Positions 53,259 to 62,805 of a stretch of 64,000 nucleotides of DNA are shown in pieces. The stretch lies in IMG/VR virus record IMGVR_UViG_2884546135_000003, positions 1,708 to 65,707 of that record. The stretch is one strand, 5' to 3'. Below the pieces are notes generated by a model. It was not told the DNA's origin, ran no database searches, and worked only from the letters and a program-made list of their open reading frames with translations. Source of the stretch: a virus. Lineage: Duplodnaviria > Caudoviricetes. Position numbers and translations under genes: made by a program. How positions within the stretch are numbered: the stretch's first letter is position 1; every line of letters starts with the position of its first letter.

Positions 53259-54314
53259 TCAGGCCCTCAGTGGCATGATGGTTCCACGCCAGCCTGGAAG
53301 ACTGCTGACGGTGATGAGCGGCGCGCTGGTCGGATCTCTGATGTAGAACGTGACATCCCCGCCATCGAAGACAGCCAACGTGTTTCTCAGCAGCGTCGAG
53401 TTAAATGCCATCATTGTTGGCTCGCCATTGTAGTCAGACTCGACATCACACTTGGCGTCACCGTTGTCAGACGCGGTGGTTAGCTCGATCGCGCCGGCAA
53501 GAAAGTCCATCTTGACCGTGTTGTATTTGTCCCCGACTACTGCGAGCACGCTTCCGAGGGCTGATGTTAACTCGGTCACTGACGCGGTGATGATATGTTC
53601 GTTCTGGCGCGGCAAGATCCGATCAATTTCTGGAAACTGACCGCTGATTAACGAGGCGATCAGCGACGATGTCTCCGTCTCGATCTTGATCTTGCGATCA
53701 CAAATATGGACCTTGACCACGCCATCAGGAGTCAGGCCGATCGCTCTGGTGGGTATGATAACCCCCTCGAACGTCGCCTCACATTTCACTTCATTCGATG
53801 CGAGAACGAGCCTGTTTGTTGCCGAGGCCGTAACCACACTGCCGTTCCCAGAAATGTGGACACCGTTTAGAAAATGATACATTTCCTCCGTGCTCTGCGC
53901 ATACGCCACTGGCGCGATCAGAGACTTCAGATCAATCTCGAAACAGCTGTCGTATTCCGGCTCGTCGAGCGGCGGGAAATCATGCGCCGGCAGCGTGTTT
54001 AGCTTGCTGCGGCTGCGGCCACATTTTACAACGAGCTGGTCGCCAGATTTTTCAAGCGTAACTTCGTCGCCTGAGGCGCTGCGAAGCAGGCTGGAAAGAA
54101 CCTTCGAATTCACAGTGATGCTTCCGGACTCGCCCTCAGCGATCAGACGTGAGATTGCCGTCACATCGAGATTTGTTCCCTTGACGGTCAATGTCCCGTC
54201 ATCGAAATCGAGATGAACGTTTCCAATGATCGGTATGATGTTGCGATTTTCGATCGCCTTACTCGCAAAGGTGACAGCCTTCGCAAGATCGGTACGCTTT
54301 AGTTTCACCAGCAT
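53259..54314 (-). CDS. dnaN: DNA polymerase III beta sliding clamp
   Basis: IPIIGNV, GTNLD, L.GVH, ATNRLVL, IIP, LI.G.FP, FN..LL, IMPLR. Confidence 0.9.
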   Translation of the reverse strand: MLVKLKRTDLAKAVTFASKAIENRNIIPIIGNVHLDFDDGTLTVKGTNLDVTAISRLIAEGESGSITVNSKVLSSLLRSASGDEVTLEKSGDQLVVKCGRSRSKLNTLPAHDFPPLDEPEYDSCFEIDLKSLIAPVAYAQSTEEMYHFLNGVHISGNGSVVTASATNRLVLASNEVKCEATFEGVIIPTRAIGLTPDGVVKVHICDRKIKIETETSSLIASLISGQFPEIDRILPRQNEHIITASVTELTSALGSVLAVVGDKYNTVKMDFLAGAIELTTASDNGDAKCDVESDYNGEPTMMAFNSTLLRNTLAVFDGGDVTFYIRDPTSAPLITVSSLPGWRGTIMPLRA

Positions 54315-54386
54315 GAGTGCCCTCGCCTAGACCGGAAAATCGGGAGCGCGCTGTAGCGCTCCCAGTTTTGTTTTTTCTGCGGGCTG

Positions 54387-54980
54387 TTACTTTCCCCAGG
54401 GACGCTTTTTCTGGGTCTGCTGCTGGCGCTGCTCCTGCCGATCATCTTCACGAGACGTCTGACGCGTTTCTGCCTGGCGTGAGGATCGCTCTGCGGGCTT
54501 GCCGCCCTGCTGAGCAGCTGGGGCGAGAATTTCGACTTCCGGCATTTCATCGGTGTCGGGGAAGAAGTATTTCTTGATCTCTTCGCGGCCTGGCCATTTC
54601 GGCGTGCCGTCCTGGTTCTTTTCCTTGGAGTCTTTCCCGATGCCGATTTTGGCGCGGAACCGCTTGAAGTGGAGTTCCTCACTATCATCGACGGTCGTCT
54701 CGCCGATCGCGCGGCACAGCCTCGCAAATTCCTGTTGCCCGATCTCCTGGGCTTTCGCGCTGGAATGCTGAAGATTGAAATTCAGGAAGACTTTGCGGCC
54801 GGCGAAATCTTCCGGCGCGAGGACTTCAAGCGTACCCTTGAGCACGATGTCGCCCGTGTCTTTCTCGTCGACCTCACTCGCGACCATTTCAAGGTCGTAG
54901 ATGCCGAGCGGAAGCTTCTGATACTCCTGTTGCTCCGTGTCGTGATCTTGTGCGTCAAAGGTACGGCCTAGTTTAGCCAT
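54387..54980 (-). CDS. Single-stranded DNA-binding protein (DUF669-like)
   Basis: Y..LP.G.Y, GRKVF.N.NL, AQEIGQ, acidic/Gln-rich tail ending KRPW. Confidence 0.75.
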   Translation of the reverse strand: MAKLGRTFDAQDHDTEQQEYQKLPLGIYDLEMVASEVDEKDTGDIVLKGTLEVLAPEDFAGRKVFLNFNLQHSSAKAQEIGQQEFARLCRAIGETTVDDSEELHFKRFRAKIGIGKDSKEKNQDGTPKWPGREEIKKYFFPDTDEMPEVEILAPAAQQGGKPAERSSRQAETRQTSREDDRQEQRQQQTQKKRPWGK

Positions 54981-55197
54981 GTGTTGCTCCTGTGGTGGAA
55001 ATGGTGGTGTGGTGGAAGTGGTGGTTAGGTGGTGACGTAGTAGCGCCAGGGGCCGGCGCCATTGGCTCCGGATTGCCCCAGAACGAAGAACGCGGGCCGC
55101 TCACGGGTTACGGTTTGGAGCCATGCGACACGTTTGCGGCCGAACCTGTCGGCAGCTGCAACGGGAAACCAGGCAAACCAGTCTTCGCGCTCGAGCA

Positions 55198-55989
55198 CTA
55201 CTCCCGAGCCCCCTGGATGTACTTCGACAATTCCTCGAAGCCCCTGCCCTTGTGATACGGAATTTCGGGCGGCATGCTCATCCGGTTCTTGGCAAGAAAG
55301 CCGGCGCGCTCGTCGGTGTAGATCACGCGCTCGCGACCGGAAGAGCCTTCGGCCTTCTTTTCCTTTTTGCCGAAACCCTTGTCTACTTCCTTGAGCGTGG
55401 TGCGTTTATTAACGAACAGAAGCGCGTCGCTCTTTTCGACAATAAGGTCACATGCCCTCTTCTGCAGCTTCGGCCGGTAGCGCATGTAGGAATCGACAAC
55501 CGGATCCTCGTGCATCTTCGTCTCGCAGTGCATGATCTGCACCACGTAAATCCCACGCTGAGCGAGCTCGGTGATGGCGCTGATGTATTCACGCCAGTCG
55601 TTGTCTGCCTCGAGGTAGCCCTTTCCGAACGCGGTTGGAGAGCCCTTATCGTTGGAGTCGATGGAATCCCAGGCCATCCGCTCGCACGTGTAATCCCAGA
55701 TCATCGGCTCGATGCCGTCCAGGCTGTCGATGATCGCGGTCTGAAAGGGGTGCTCCTCCGTGACGAGCTCGCCAAGAATGTCGAGCAGGCTGTCGAACGA
55801 AGTCACTTCGAACGCCGCCTCATCCAGAATGACGTCGTCTGGCGGGTTCTCACCGCGGGTGTGCAGATAGATCGGGTCCGGAAACTCCGTGGCGAGGCTG
55901 GTTTTGCCCATGCCACCGGAGCCGTATACAGACAGGATCGGCGGGTGGTCTCTCTTTGTCGATTTCAGAGAGCTCAGAAGTGTTGCCAT
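55198..55989 (-). CDS. Sak4-like AAA_24 ATPase (recombinase)
   Basis: YG.GG.GKTSLA, TAIIDSLD, AFGKGY, H......DP..D.Y.RY.PKL. Confidence 0.85.
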   Translation of the reverse strand: MATLLSSLKSTKRDHPPILSVYGSGGMGKTSLATEFPDPIYLHTRGENPPDDVILDEAAFEVTSFDSLLDILGELVTEEHPFQTAIIDSLDGIEPMIWDYTCERMAWDSIDSNDKGSPTAFGKGYLEADNDWREYISAITELAQRGIYVVQIMHCETKMHEDPVVDSYMRYRPKLQKRACDLIVEKSDALLFVNKRTTLKEVDKGFGKKEKKAEGSSGRERVIYTDERAGFLAKNRMSMPPEIPYHKGRGFEELSKYIQGARE

Positions 55990-57707
55990 CAGTTTCCCTG
56001 TATTGCGTAAATGAGGATCAGGGTTGCCAGCAGAAGCAGAACAGTGACTTTCCACGGACTGCCTCTGCCAGCGTCGTCATCATCGTGTCGCCGAGGCATG
56101 ACGGTACTTGACCGGCCGCTGCTCAGAAACCTTTGCCCGAGATTTGGCGGCCATGGCTCGACGCCGTTGGCCTCTTGTGAGGCCATCCGCATTCTTGCGA
56201 GGCTTGCCAGGTTCTTTTGCGAACCCATCACCGCCACGCATGTTTCGGAAAAGCGTCATGCGGCGATCGTGCGCAGCCTTGTCGACGGCCGGCGCTCCGA
56301 GAGACACGTCGGCCTTTTGCTCGCCATGAATGATGGCCGCGATCTTTTTGAAGAATTTTTTCATGCCTACGCCGCCAACTCCCGCGACGCTGTCAGCTCA
56401 TCGGACAGCTGAAACATGTAGGCCGCACTGATCTGGCCGTAGCTCGGCTCGGCTCCGTCTTGCTTGTCCTTCTGGAACTGAATGACGGATTCAAACTGCG
56501 CCATGAAGGCAGTTGGATTTTCGACGTATCGCCGCATCCATTCATTGAATGCAGCCACCATGCTGTCCATCGACAGCGATTTTTGTTCGCGCATGATTAC
56601 CCCGTTGTGGTGAACGCCCGCGGCTGGTTAGGCCGCGACCGAGCGATGTTTCGTGACGGTTTCTTCGTACGCCTCTGCGACACGTTTTTCCGTCAGGACG
56701 AACACGCCGAACTCCTGACCGATATGCATCAGCGACAGGCGCTCCGCTTCCTTCGTGGCGGACTCTTCGGAGGCGTGCACGAACGGTTTGACTGATGGCC
56801 GCGGCTCTCCGTCCTCGAGAAGGCAGACGATGGAGGCGTCGATGTAGGGTGTGACGTGTTTAGCGGCGATCCACCACCTGTCAGTGCCTTCGCAGAAGTA
56901 AGTCTCTTCCGGGTCATCCGGATCTACGTCGCGGATCCGAGCGATTTCGCCAGGCAGGTATTTGCTGTCCAGAGATATGCAAACCTTGTCGCCACGCTTC
57001 AGCAGCCCTTGTTCGGGCTCGATGTGTTGGTCGTCGACGAAAACCAACGCATCGGAGTCGTCGCAGACAACACGATATTTCAGCGATACCGCGTCGTCTT
57101 CAACAAATCGTACTTCGCCCTCCTTGATTTCCGTATGCGGCCCGAACCACCACCCTCTGTGACACTGATCCGTAAATCTCACCCTGTCGCCGACCTTGAA
57201 TTTCGCCATTTCACTTCCCTCTCGTTAGCGAGACGACCTTGCTTTCAGCGTCGCCGCAATTCGGTTCGTTGTCCTGATCCATGTCTGCTGGCTCTTTCGG
57301 ATCGAATTCCGGGTCCTTCTCGAGTTCGATGTCATTGAGCCAGACAGCTGAAACAGTTCCACCGAGGCGAACGAGATATTCATCGCCCCAGTTTCGCTCG
57401 TTGATGACTTGCCCGGTCAAATAGTGGTTCTGGACAAGTCGCACGCGGTCGCCATAGGAGAAATAGCGCCCTTCATCTGCACCGTCGCAGCTCATGCAGC
57501 CACGCGGAAGTTGCGGTGGTAGCTGACCGGAGCTGAACTGCGCCAAGCGCCGTCCTCACATTTGACAGCGGTACGGATCGCCTCGGCCTTCTGCTTCACG
57601 GTCCGATAGGGCTTGCGGTTGGTCAGATCGAGCTTCCCGGTTCGGGTGAAGTTGGTCTGATGCGCCAGGTGTGCCGGAACATTGTTTTTCTTGCGGTGCC
57701 GGGCCAT
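55989..57707 (-). other. Run of small early genes (about 55989-56100, 56080-56364, 56367-56594, 56628-57209, 57211-57494, 57492-57707)
   Basis: Coupled co-oriented ORFs diverging from the repressor region; one starts with the KFKVGDRV pattern. Confidence 0.55.
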
Positions 57708-57896
57708 TAGCGCGCCTCCAGGCAAGAGACAGCCGGCAGCGTCACAGCCTTGTGGCCGCAGAGCGTTGAACAACCGCCATTATTGAAGACGTGAGTGGTC
57801 ACCTTCCTGATCGTGTCAGAAAGCAATTTCCGCTTCCGGGATTTCATTATTTTACCCTTTCGTGGTGACGAATCGAATTGGTGGCTCGATTCGCTG

Positions 57897-57970
57897 TTGA
57901 CAAAGGTCTACAAATTTGTAATGTCGTATTTAGTAACGAAAAAACGCCAAAAAGTCAAGTTCAAATTTGT
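57897..57970. promoter_or_regulatory. Divergent switch region with operators
   Basis: TTGACA 57897-57902, ACAAATTTGT 57910-57919, near-match TCAAATTTGT 57961-57970; TTGACT on the minus strand. Confidence 0.65.
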
Positions 57971-57983
57971 AGAGGTGGTCAGA

Positions 57984-58487
57984 GTGTCACGTTTGTCGAA
58001 GATGATTGAGCAGGAGCAATCCCGCCGCGGCCTTACTGAAAGAGAGATTTCGACGCGCTGGGGATGGGGTCAGCAAACGTTCAATACCTGGAAGAAAGGC
58101 AGCGTTCCGCGCCCAAAGATGTACAAGGGCCTTGCGGACTTCCTCCGCGTTTCGACGGATGACATTGCCCTGCTCGCGAAAGAAGCTTCGGTCAGCACTG
58201 GCAGCACCAAGCTCCCGAACCTTGGCTCGCCAATCTACGGGCGGCAGACCCCTGATGGGAGTTTGATGTTCGATGACGAGGCGATCGGCTTCGCTCAGCC
58301 GAACACGAAGGGCTGCTATGCCATCCGCACTGGCGGGCATCATCTCTGGGTCAATCCCAACCTCAGACCCGTTGCCGGTAATCTGGTTGTGGTCCGTAAC
58401 CAGGATGGAACCGGCGAACTTGCTGAATGGCCGGTAGACGCTGGAAAATGTTCTGTTCATGTCGTCGTCCTCAAGGAAATGGTGTGA
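57984..58487 (+). CDS. CI-like repressor: XRE HTH plus degenerate S24 domain
   Basis: GTG behind GAGGTGG; LTEREIS..WG.GQQTFNTWKKG..P; C-terminal YAIR..G, LWVNP...P..GNLVVVR lacking the catalytic Ser/Lys. Confidence 0.75.
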   Translation: MSRLSKMIEQEQSRRGLTEREISTRWGWGQQTFNTWKKGSVPRPKMYKGLADFLRVSTDDIALLAKEASVSTGSTKLPNLGSPIYGRQTPDGSLMFDDEAIGFAQPNTKGCYAIRTGGHHLWVNPNLRPVAGNLVVVRNQDGTGELAEWPVDAGKCSVHVVVLKEMV

Positions 58488-58788
58488 CGACAGCCCTCTG
58501 ATTTGTTGACCGGGAAAAGTACGTATGCTAGAGATCAGCCGCTTCTGTGGTGGAAGTAGGAACGGTGGAGCTGAACCCCAGCTTGCCCAGTACGAAGATC
58601 AGGCACAGGCTGTTAAACGGGTGGTGCCGGCCTTAACGGGTCGGCCTGTGTTTGATACCTCTTCTTTAAACCCCTCCCATAGCTTCGAGTCTGTGCTATC
58701 ATCTTCTGATAAGCCAAATCTCGAATTTAATTCCAGATCACGTTGTAGTCGCATCGGGGGAAAGTCAACCAGAAATTTAGGGGGTTGC

Positions 58789-59211
58789 ATGGAATGGCAC
58801 GAAAGACTTGAGCGAAAACGCCTGGAAAAAGGCATCAGCGGCGCCGAGCTTGGCAGACTCTCTGGCATCAAATACGACAATGTTATGAAATATTTACGCG
58901 GCAAAGTAGAGAAGCCGAGAGGGGACACTCTTTCGCGTCTCGCCAGCGCGCTAGGTACTACAGAAAAGTTTTTGCTCTATGGGGATATCGAGCAAACAAA
59001 CGGTGCGGCTACTGTAAATTATGACAGGGCAACTGCCGCAGAGTTCATCAAAACATCTAGTCAGGCGTATGATCAAAAGGTTTACAACGAGGCCTTTGAC
59101 CTCACGCTGGAATTGCAAAAAACTTTTGCCAAAGAGTCCCTTGTCGGCCGAGAAGACTTCCAGAAAGCGCTCCTCCTGATTTACGAGGCGAAACTAAAAA
59201 ACAGGACGTGA
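58789..59211 (+). CDS. XRE-family HTH regulator
   Basis: RL..KR..KGIS..ELGR.SGI....V.KY..G....PR..TL..LA.ALG. Confidence 0.8.
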   Translation: MEWHERLERKRLEKGISGAELGRLSGIKYDNVMKYLRGKVEKPRGDTLSRLASALGTTEKFLLYGDIEQTNGAATVNYDRATAAEFIKTSSQAYDQKVYNEAFDLTLELQKTFAKESLVGREDFQKALLLIYEAKLKNRT

Positions 59212-59271
59212 CCGACCATGTCACGACCATGTCACACCACATTTGCCACAAACGAATATTGTGGAGGGGTT

Positions 59272-59565
59272 ATGTGCACTGAACAATTGCCGGATGAATG
59301 CAGAGACGAAGTGCTTGAGATCTTTTTCGGGTGCCAGCGTCTTTCGATAAAAGAAGCCTTCGATCAATTCATTATCGATATGAAAAAGCTTGGAATGGAG
59401 ACCTTTGTGGCTTTCCAGGCTGATATCGAGCTAGAGGTTGAGAGCTTCGAAGAACTTCAACAAACACTAAGCGACGCTCAAAAGTCGCGCCTCATGGAGG
59501 AATGCAACAGGTATATGTACTGGAAAGCGATTGGAGGCGACGATGCCCGGTCTTCAATTTGTTGA
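59272..59565 (+). CDS. Acidic hypothetical protein
   Basis: GGAGGGG RBS; overlaps the next gene. Confidence 0.55.
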   Translation: MCTEQLPDECRDEVLEIFFGCQRLSIKEAFDQFIIDMKKLGMETFVAFQADIELEVESFEELQQTLSDAQKSRLMEECNRYMYWKAIGGDDARSSIC

Positions 59566-60133
59566 GCCGATCTCCGTCTCGGCCATCCAACGAGGACTGA
59601 TCGACGACACGGCGCAAGCCATCTGGAAGCACTGGTCGAAATCTTGCGGCGTGGTCGACATGGAACTGCGCCCGCTACTCCAGCACTGCACGATTTTTGA
59701 GGGATTTGTCGAGCCTGGCCGGCTCTCAAGGATACTTGGTGTCGGCCGCCACACGATCACGCGGCGCATGTACGAGGGGCGCGTTGAGGATCTGACGCGT
59801 CAGAAAATCAATTTCGACAACGATTTTCAGCGCGAAACAACCAACTCACACTTCCTGTCGTCGATCGATCGAGAGACGCGGATAGACAGCATTGGATACG
59901 ACTACCCGCTTCCCGATGGTGAGGACTGCTACCTGCATTACGACAGGATCGTATTCCCGTACACGACGACAGCAGGGGTTAGCTTTCTAATAATCTATGC
60001 GAAACCTCTTCGTGTCGTTTTGCCAAGAGATATACCATCGCGTCGATATCATCACGTGAGTTTGCCACATACCATAGATCAAACTTTGGTACACGCTCAG
60101 TGTTCCCCCACTGCAGCAGAAGCTCGCGTCTGA
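59543..60133 (+). CDS. PAS-like domain protein
   Basis: Resembles PAS_5-type proteins (A.W.HW start, Y.RIVFP...G..FLI end); GGAGG RBS; assignment by eye. Confidence 0.4.
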   Translation: MPGLQFVEPISVSAIQRGLIDDTAQAIWKHWSKSCGVVDMELRPLLQHCTIFEGFVEPGRLSRILGVGRHTITRRMYEGRVEDLTRQKINFDNDFQRETTNSHFLSSIDRETRIDSIGYDYPLPDGEDCYLHYDRIVFPYTTTAGVSFLIIYAKPLRVVLPRDIPSRRYHHVSLPHTIDQTLVHAQCSPTAAEARV

Positions 60134-60704
60134 AGCCCCAGCCGTAGACCGCTTCAAGGGCGTTGCGGAAGTCGCGCCACGGTATGAAGGCGTAAACCAG
60201 ACTGGCGTTGAATTTCTTCTGCGCCAGCACCTGGACGAGTTGACCCACAACTCGCCCCAAGCCTTTTACGCGATATTCTTCCCTCACCCACAAGTCGCCG
60301 ACATATGCGACGCGACCGCTAATTCTTGCGGCAAAGTCATAGATCGGCTCATCGAGCCGCGGCTGGTAGCCGAACTCGGCATATATTCTCGGCCAGAATT
60401 CCTTCCAGTGGTCGAGCAATGACATTTCATCCAAGTCATTGATCCGGCCTGTTGCGGTGCAAACGACCTCGTCATCGGAATTCGTGACGACGATATAGAG
60501 AAAATCCGATCTCAGATACGTGCTCAGCCTGGAGTGCCACTGGTGGCCGACATATAGTTTGTCGCATTCTTCCATGCTGTCATGGAATTCGTGGTACTTC
60601 GTCAAATTGTTCCCGTAGTGGATACTGTAGCCAGCTGAAACAAGACTTGTTTCCAATCTTGATAGCGCTGCGGAAAACAGCATTTCACGCTCGACAGAAT
60701 TCAT
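59979..60704 (-). CDS. GNAT/acyltransferase-fold protein
   Basis: VAYVGDLWVREEYRVKGLGR resembles GNAT acyl-CoA motif A; GGGGG RBS. Confidence 0.5.
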   Translation of the reverse strand: MNSVEREMLFSAALSRLETSLVSAGYSIHYGNNLTKYHEFHDSMEECDKLYVGHQWHSRLSTYLRSDFLYIVVTNSDDEVVCTATGRINDLDEMSLLDHWKEFWPRIYAEFGYQPRLDEPIYDFAARISGRVAYVGDLWVREEYRVKGLGRVVGQLVQVLAQKKFNASLVYAFIPWRDFRNALEAVYGWGFRRELLLQWGNTERVPKFDLWYVANSRDDIDAMVYLLAKRHEEVSHRLLES

Positions 60705-60789
60705 ACACAACCCCCACGTCGATTTTCTAGTTAAGGAAGTGTGTGCCGGTGCGTCAATCGTCAATGGGGAAAAATATTTATGATTTTCG

Positions 60790-60816
60790 TTGACTTTTTT
60801 TACAAATTTGTATATT
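60790..60816 (+). promoter_or_regulatory. Operator/promoter of the right arm
   Basis: TTGACT 60790, ACAAATTTGT 60802-60811, TATATT 60811-60816. Confidence 0.7.
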
Positions 60817-60848
60817 GAGTCTGAGTGAATTTTGGAGGCGCACCGTAA

Positions 60849-61057
60849 TGACAGATAGAACCGTCGCTGAGATAGAGTTTAAGGCGCAGCAGCGCCTGCC
60901 CGTTCCTGGTCGAGATGTGTTGGTATTGGTCGAGCGGATACGGGAGTTGGGGAGTGTGCTGCGCGAGATTGCTAACTCTGACGATGTAGATAACGCGCTG
61001 GATCCGGAACGCAACAAGCGGCTGGCTATGGCGGCCATTTCTGGAGGCCAACCATGA
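60849..61057 (+). CDS. Hypothetical protein
   Basis: GGAGG RBS; ATGA coupling to the PrtN-like gene. Confidence 0.5.
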
Positions 61058-61299
61058 ACACGGTTTTCCTTCTCATGGCGCAATTTGAAAAGGTCGCCAT
61101 TCCGCTCGATGCCGTCCGCAAAGAGTTTTTTGGCGGCATGACAGATGTGGCCTTCAAGCGCTGCCTGTCCGATGGGCGGATCAAGCTGCCCGTCGCTCGT
61201 GCCAGCGACAGCCAGAAGTCTGAACGGTTCGTGCATGTCGCGGATCTGGCCGCCTACATCGATGAGAGGCGCGACCAGGCGCTGCGTGAGATTGGGTGA
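61054..61299 (+). CDS. PrtN-family DNA-binding protein (excisionase-like)
   Basis: MNT.FLLMAQ, IPL, G.I.LP..R..SQKS..VH..DLA.YID.RR. Confidence 0.8.
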   Translation: MNTVFLLMAQFEKVAIPLDAVRKEFFGGMTDVAFKRCLSDGRIKLPVARASDSQKSERFVHVADLAAYIDERRDQALREIG

Positions 61300-61316
61300 A
61301 TGGAAAGGGAAGAGCT

Positions 61317-62770
61317 ATGAGCAAAGAAGCAGTGAGCAAGATGCGGGACGGGCTGGGAAGCGTTGTGATGAAGATGAAGGACGATGAGGCCGCGGAGCCT
61401 CATCCGGATTTCGAGGTCTTCTCAGACGAGGCGTATTTCGGCATGTGGTGTCTGCGCCCGATCGGCAATCGTTCGTTTGACGAAACCATCCATTTCAACA
61501 TGCGCGGCGATGCCGTTAACGCGTCTCATGTCGTCGCGGCATGGATGAAGAAGTAGAGGCAGGCCCGTGCTCGAATGGCTGAAGCAACTGGTCTGCAGGC
61601 ACTACTATGTGGAGAGGGGACGGACGAAGCACATGGCCTTCACAGCGGTAGGCCCGGAACGATTAATTTTCTGGGAGCGTGGCCACGAATATTGTCTGAA
61701 ATGCCGCAAATATCGGCGCGGCAAAAAGTATGAAAGTTGAGGTCCGGCAGATGGAAGAACTCACATGCTCTTGCTGCAATCGGCACGTCGGATGGATGAA
61801 CTATGCAGGCCCTCGCGGGTCCGTCTACTGCGACGATTGCAAGGAAGAGGAAGACAGAGAAGAGGCAGAGCGCGCGTTTGAAGACGCCATCATGCCTGGC
61901 GGTTTTAACTGATCAGAAAGGCCCGTCATGGACGTGAAGATATTGACATTTCAGGGTGAAAACGACCCGAAACTCTACGCGTGCGGAAAGTGCGGGAGTG
62001 TCTTTTCGCCAAAGATTTACGCCGTTCGTGATGACATGGCACACGACGCGGCGCGGAGCCGAGCAGATGAATGTTGCGCCAAAAAGTATTGCGCCTGCGG
62101 TACTGAACTTGAGAGCGGCTGGACAGCCTGCGCACCTTGCCGCGAACGAAACAAGCTTCTGAAGGCAGACGTTATCGACGCGCAAAGCTATGACGGTGCC
62201 GTATCAGCAGATGTCACTGGTGAGTGGGGTGAAGGCTATTCGTCAAATATCGCCGCGATGATGCAATCCTGCGAAGATTATGACGAGCCTGTGCCGATAT
62301 ATTGCCATCCGTGCACGGAACAGCATCTGCGCTTAGATCCCTACAGCCTGCTCGAACAAGCGACGGACGACATGCACGAAGATGCAGGCGACCAGGTCGT
62401 TGATGCTGACGCGCTTGTGGCGTTTCTCAAGGACTGGAACGCCAAGCAGACCTGCATTTCATATTACGAAGACAGAAGCCGCGTGATCGTCCTCGATCAG
62501 GAGCGCTTTGACACACTGATTGCAGAGCGTGAACCAGCGTAATCAGAAAGGCCCGGACATGGCTGAAACGGTAGAAACTTGGTGGGGTGAAGTCACCATC
62601 ATTGACAAGCAGGAAGCGCGGGAATTGGCGATCAGCGAGTTTGATGCCGCCGTCAGCCGCTTTGTCGATCAGATGCAAAGCGCGGGCGGATGTATGCCAG
62701 CCATAGCCACTCGCCTGCGCATCCATGCCGACGAATTGGCAGACCGCTTCCCTGATGATGCAAACTCGTG
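61317..62770 (+). other. Run of small hypothetical genes (about 61317-61556, 61567-61740, 61730-61912, 61928-62542, 62559-62770)
   Basis: Co-oriented ORFs, several Cys-rich; the last two are preceded by the CAGAAAGGCCC motif. Confidence 0.55.
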
Positions 62771-62805
62771 ATCAGAAAGGCCCCTCGGGGCAGAAAGGAC
62801 AAGCT

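Noticed and set aside
54989-55027. GGTGGT-rich repeats as a CRISPR array or minisatellite
   Set aside because: Short and irregular with no spacers; part of the start-associated motif
55123-56010. 295-aa plus-strand ORF
   Set aside because: Antisense shadow of the Sak4-like ATPase
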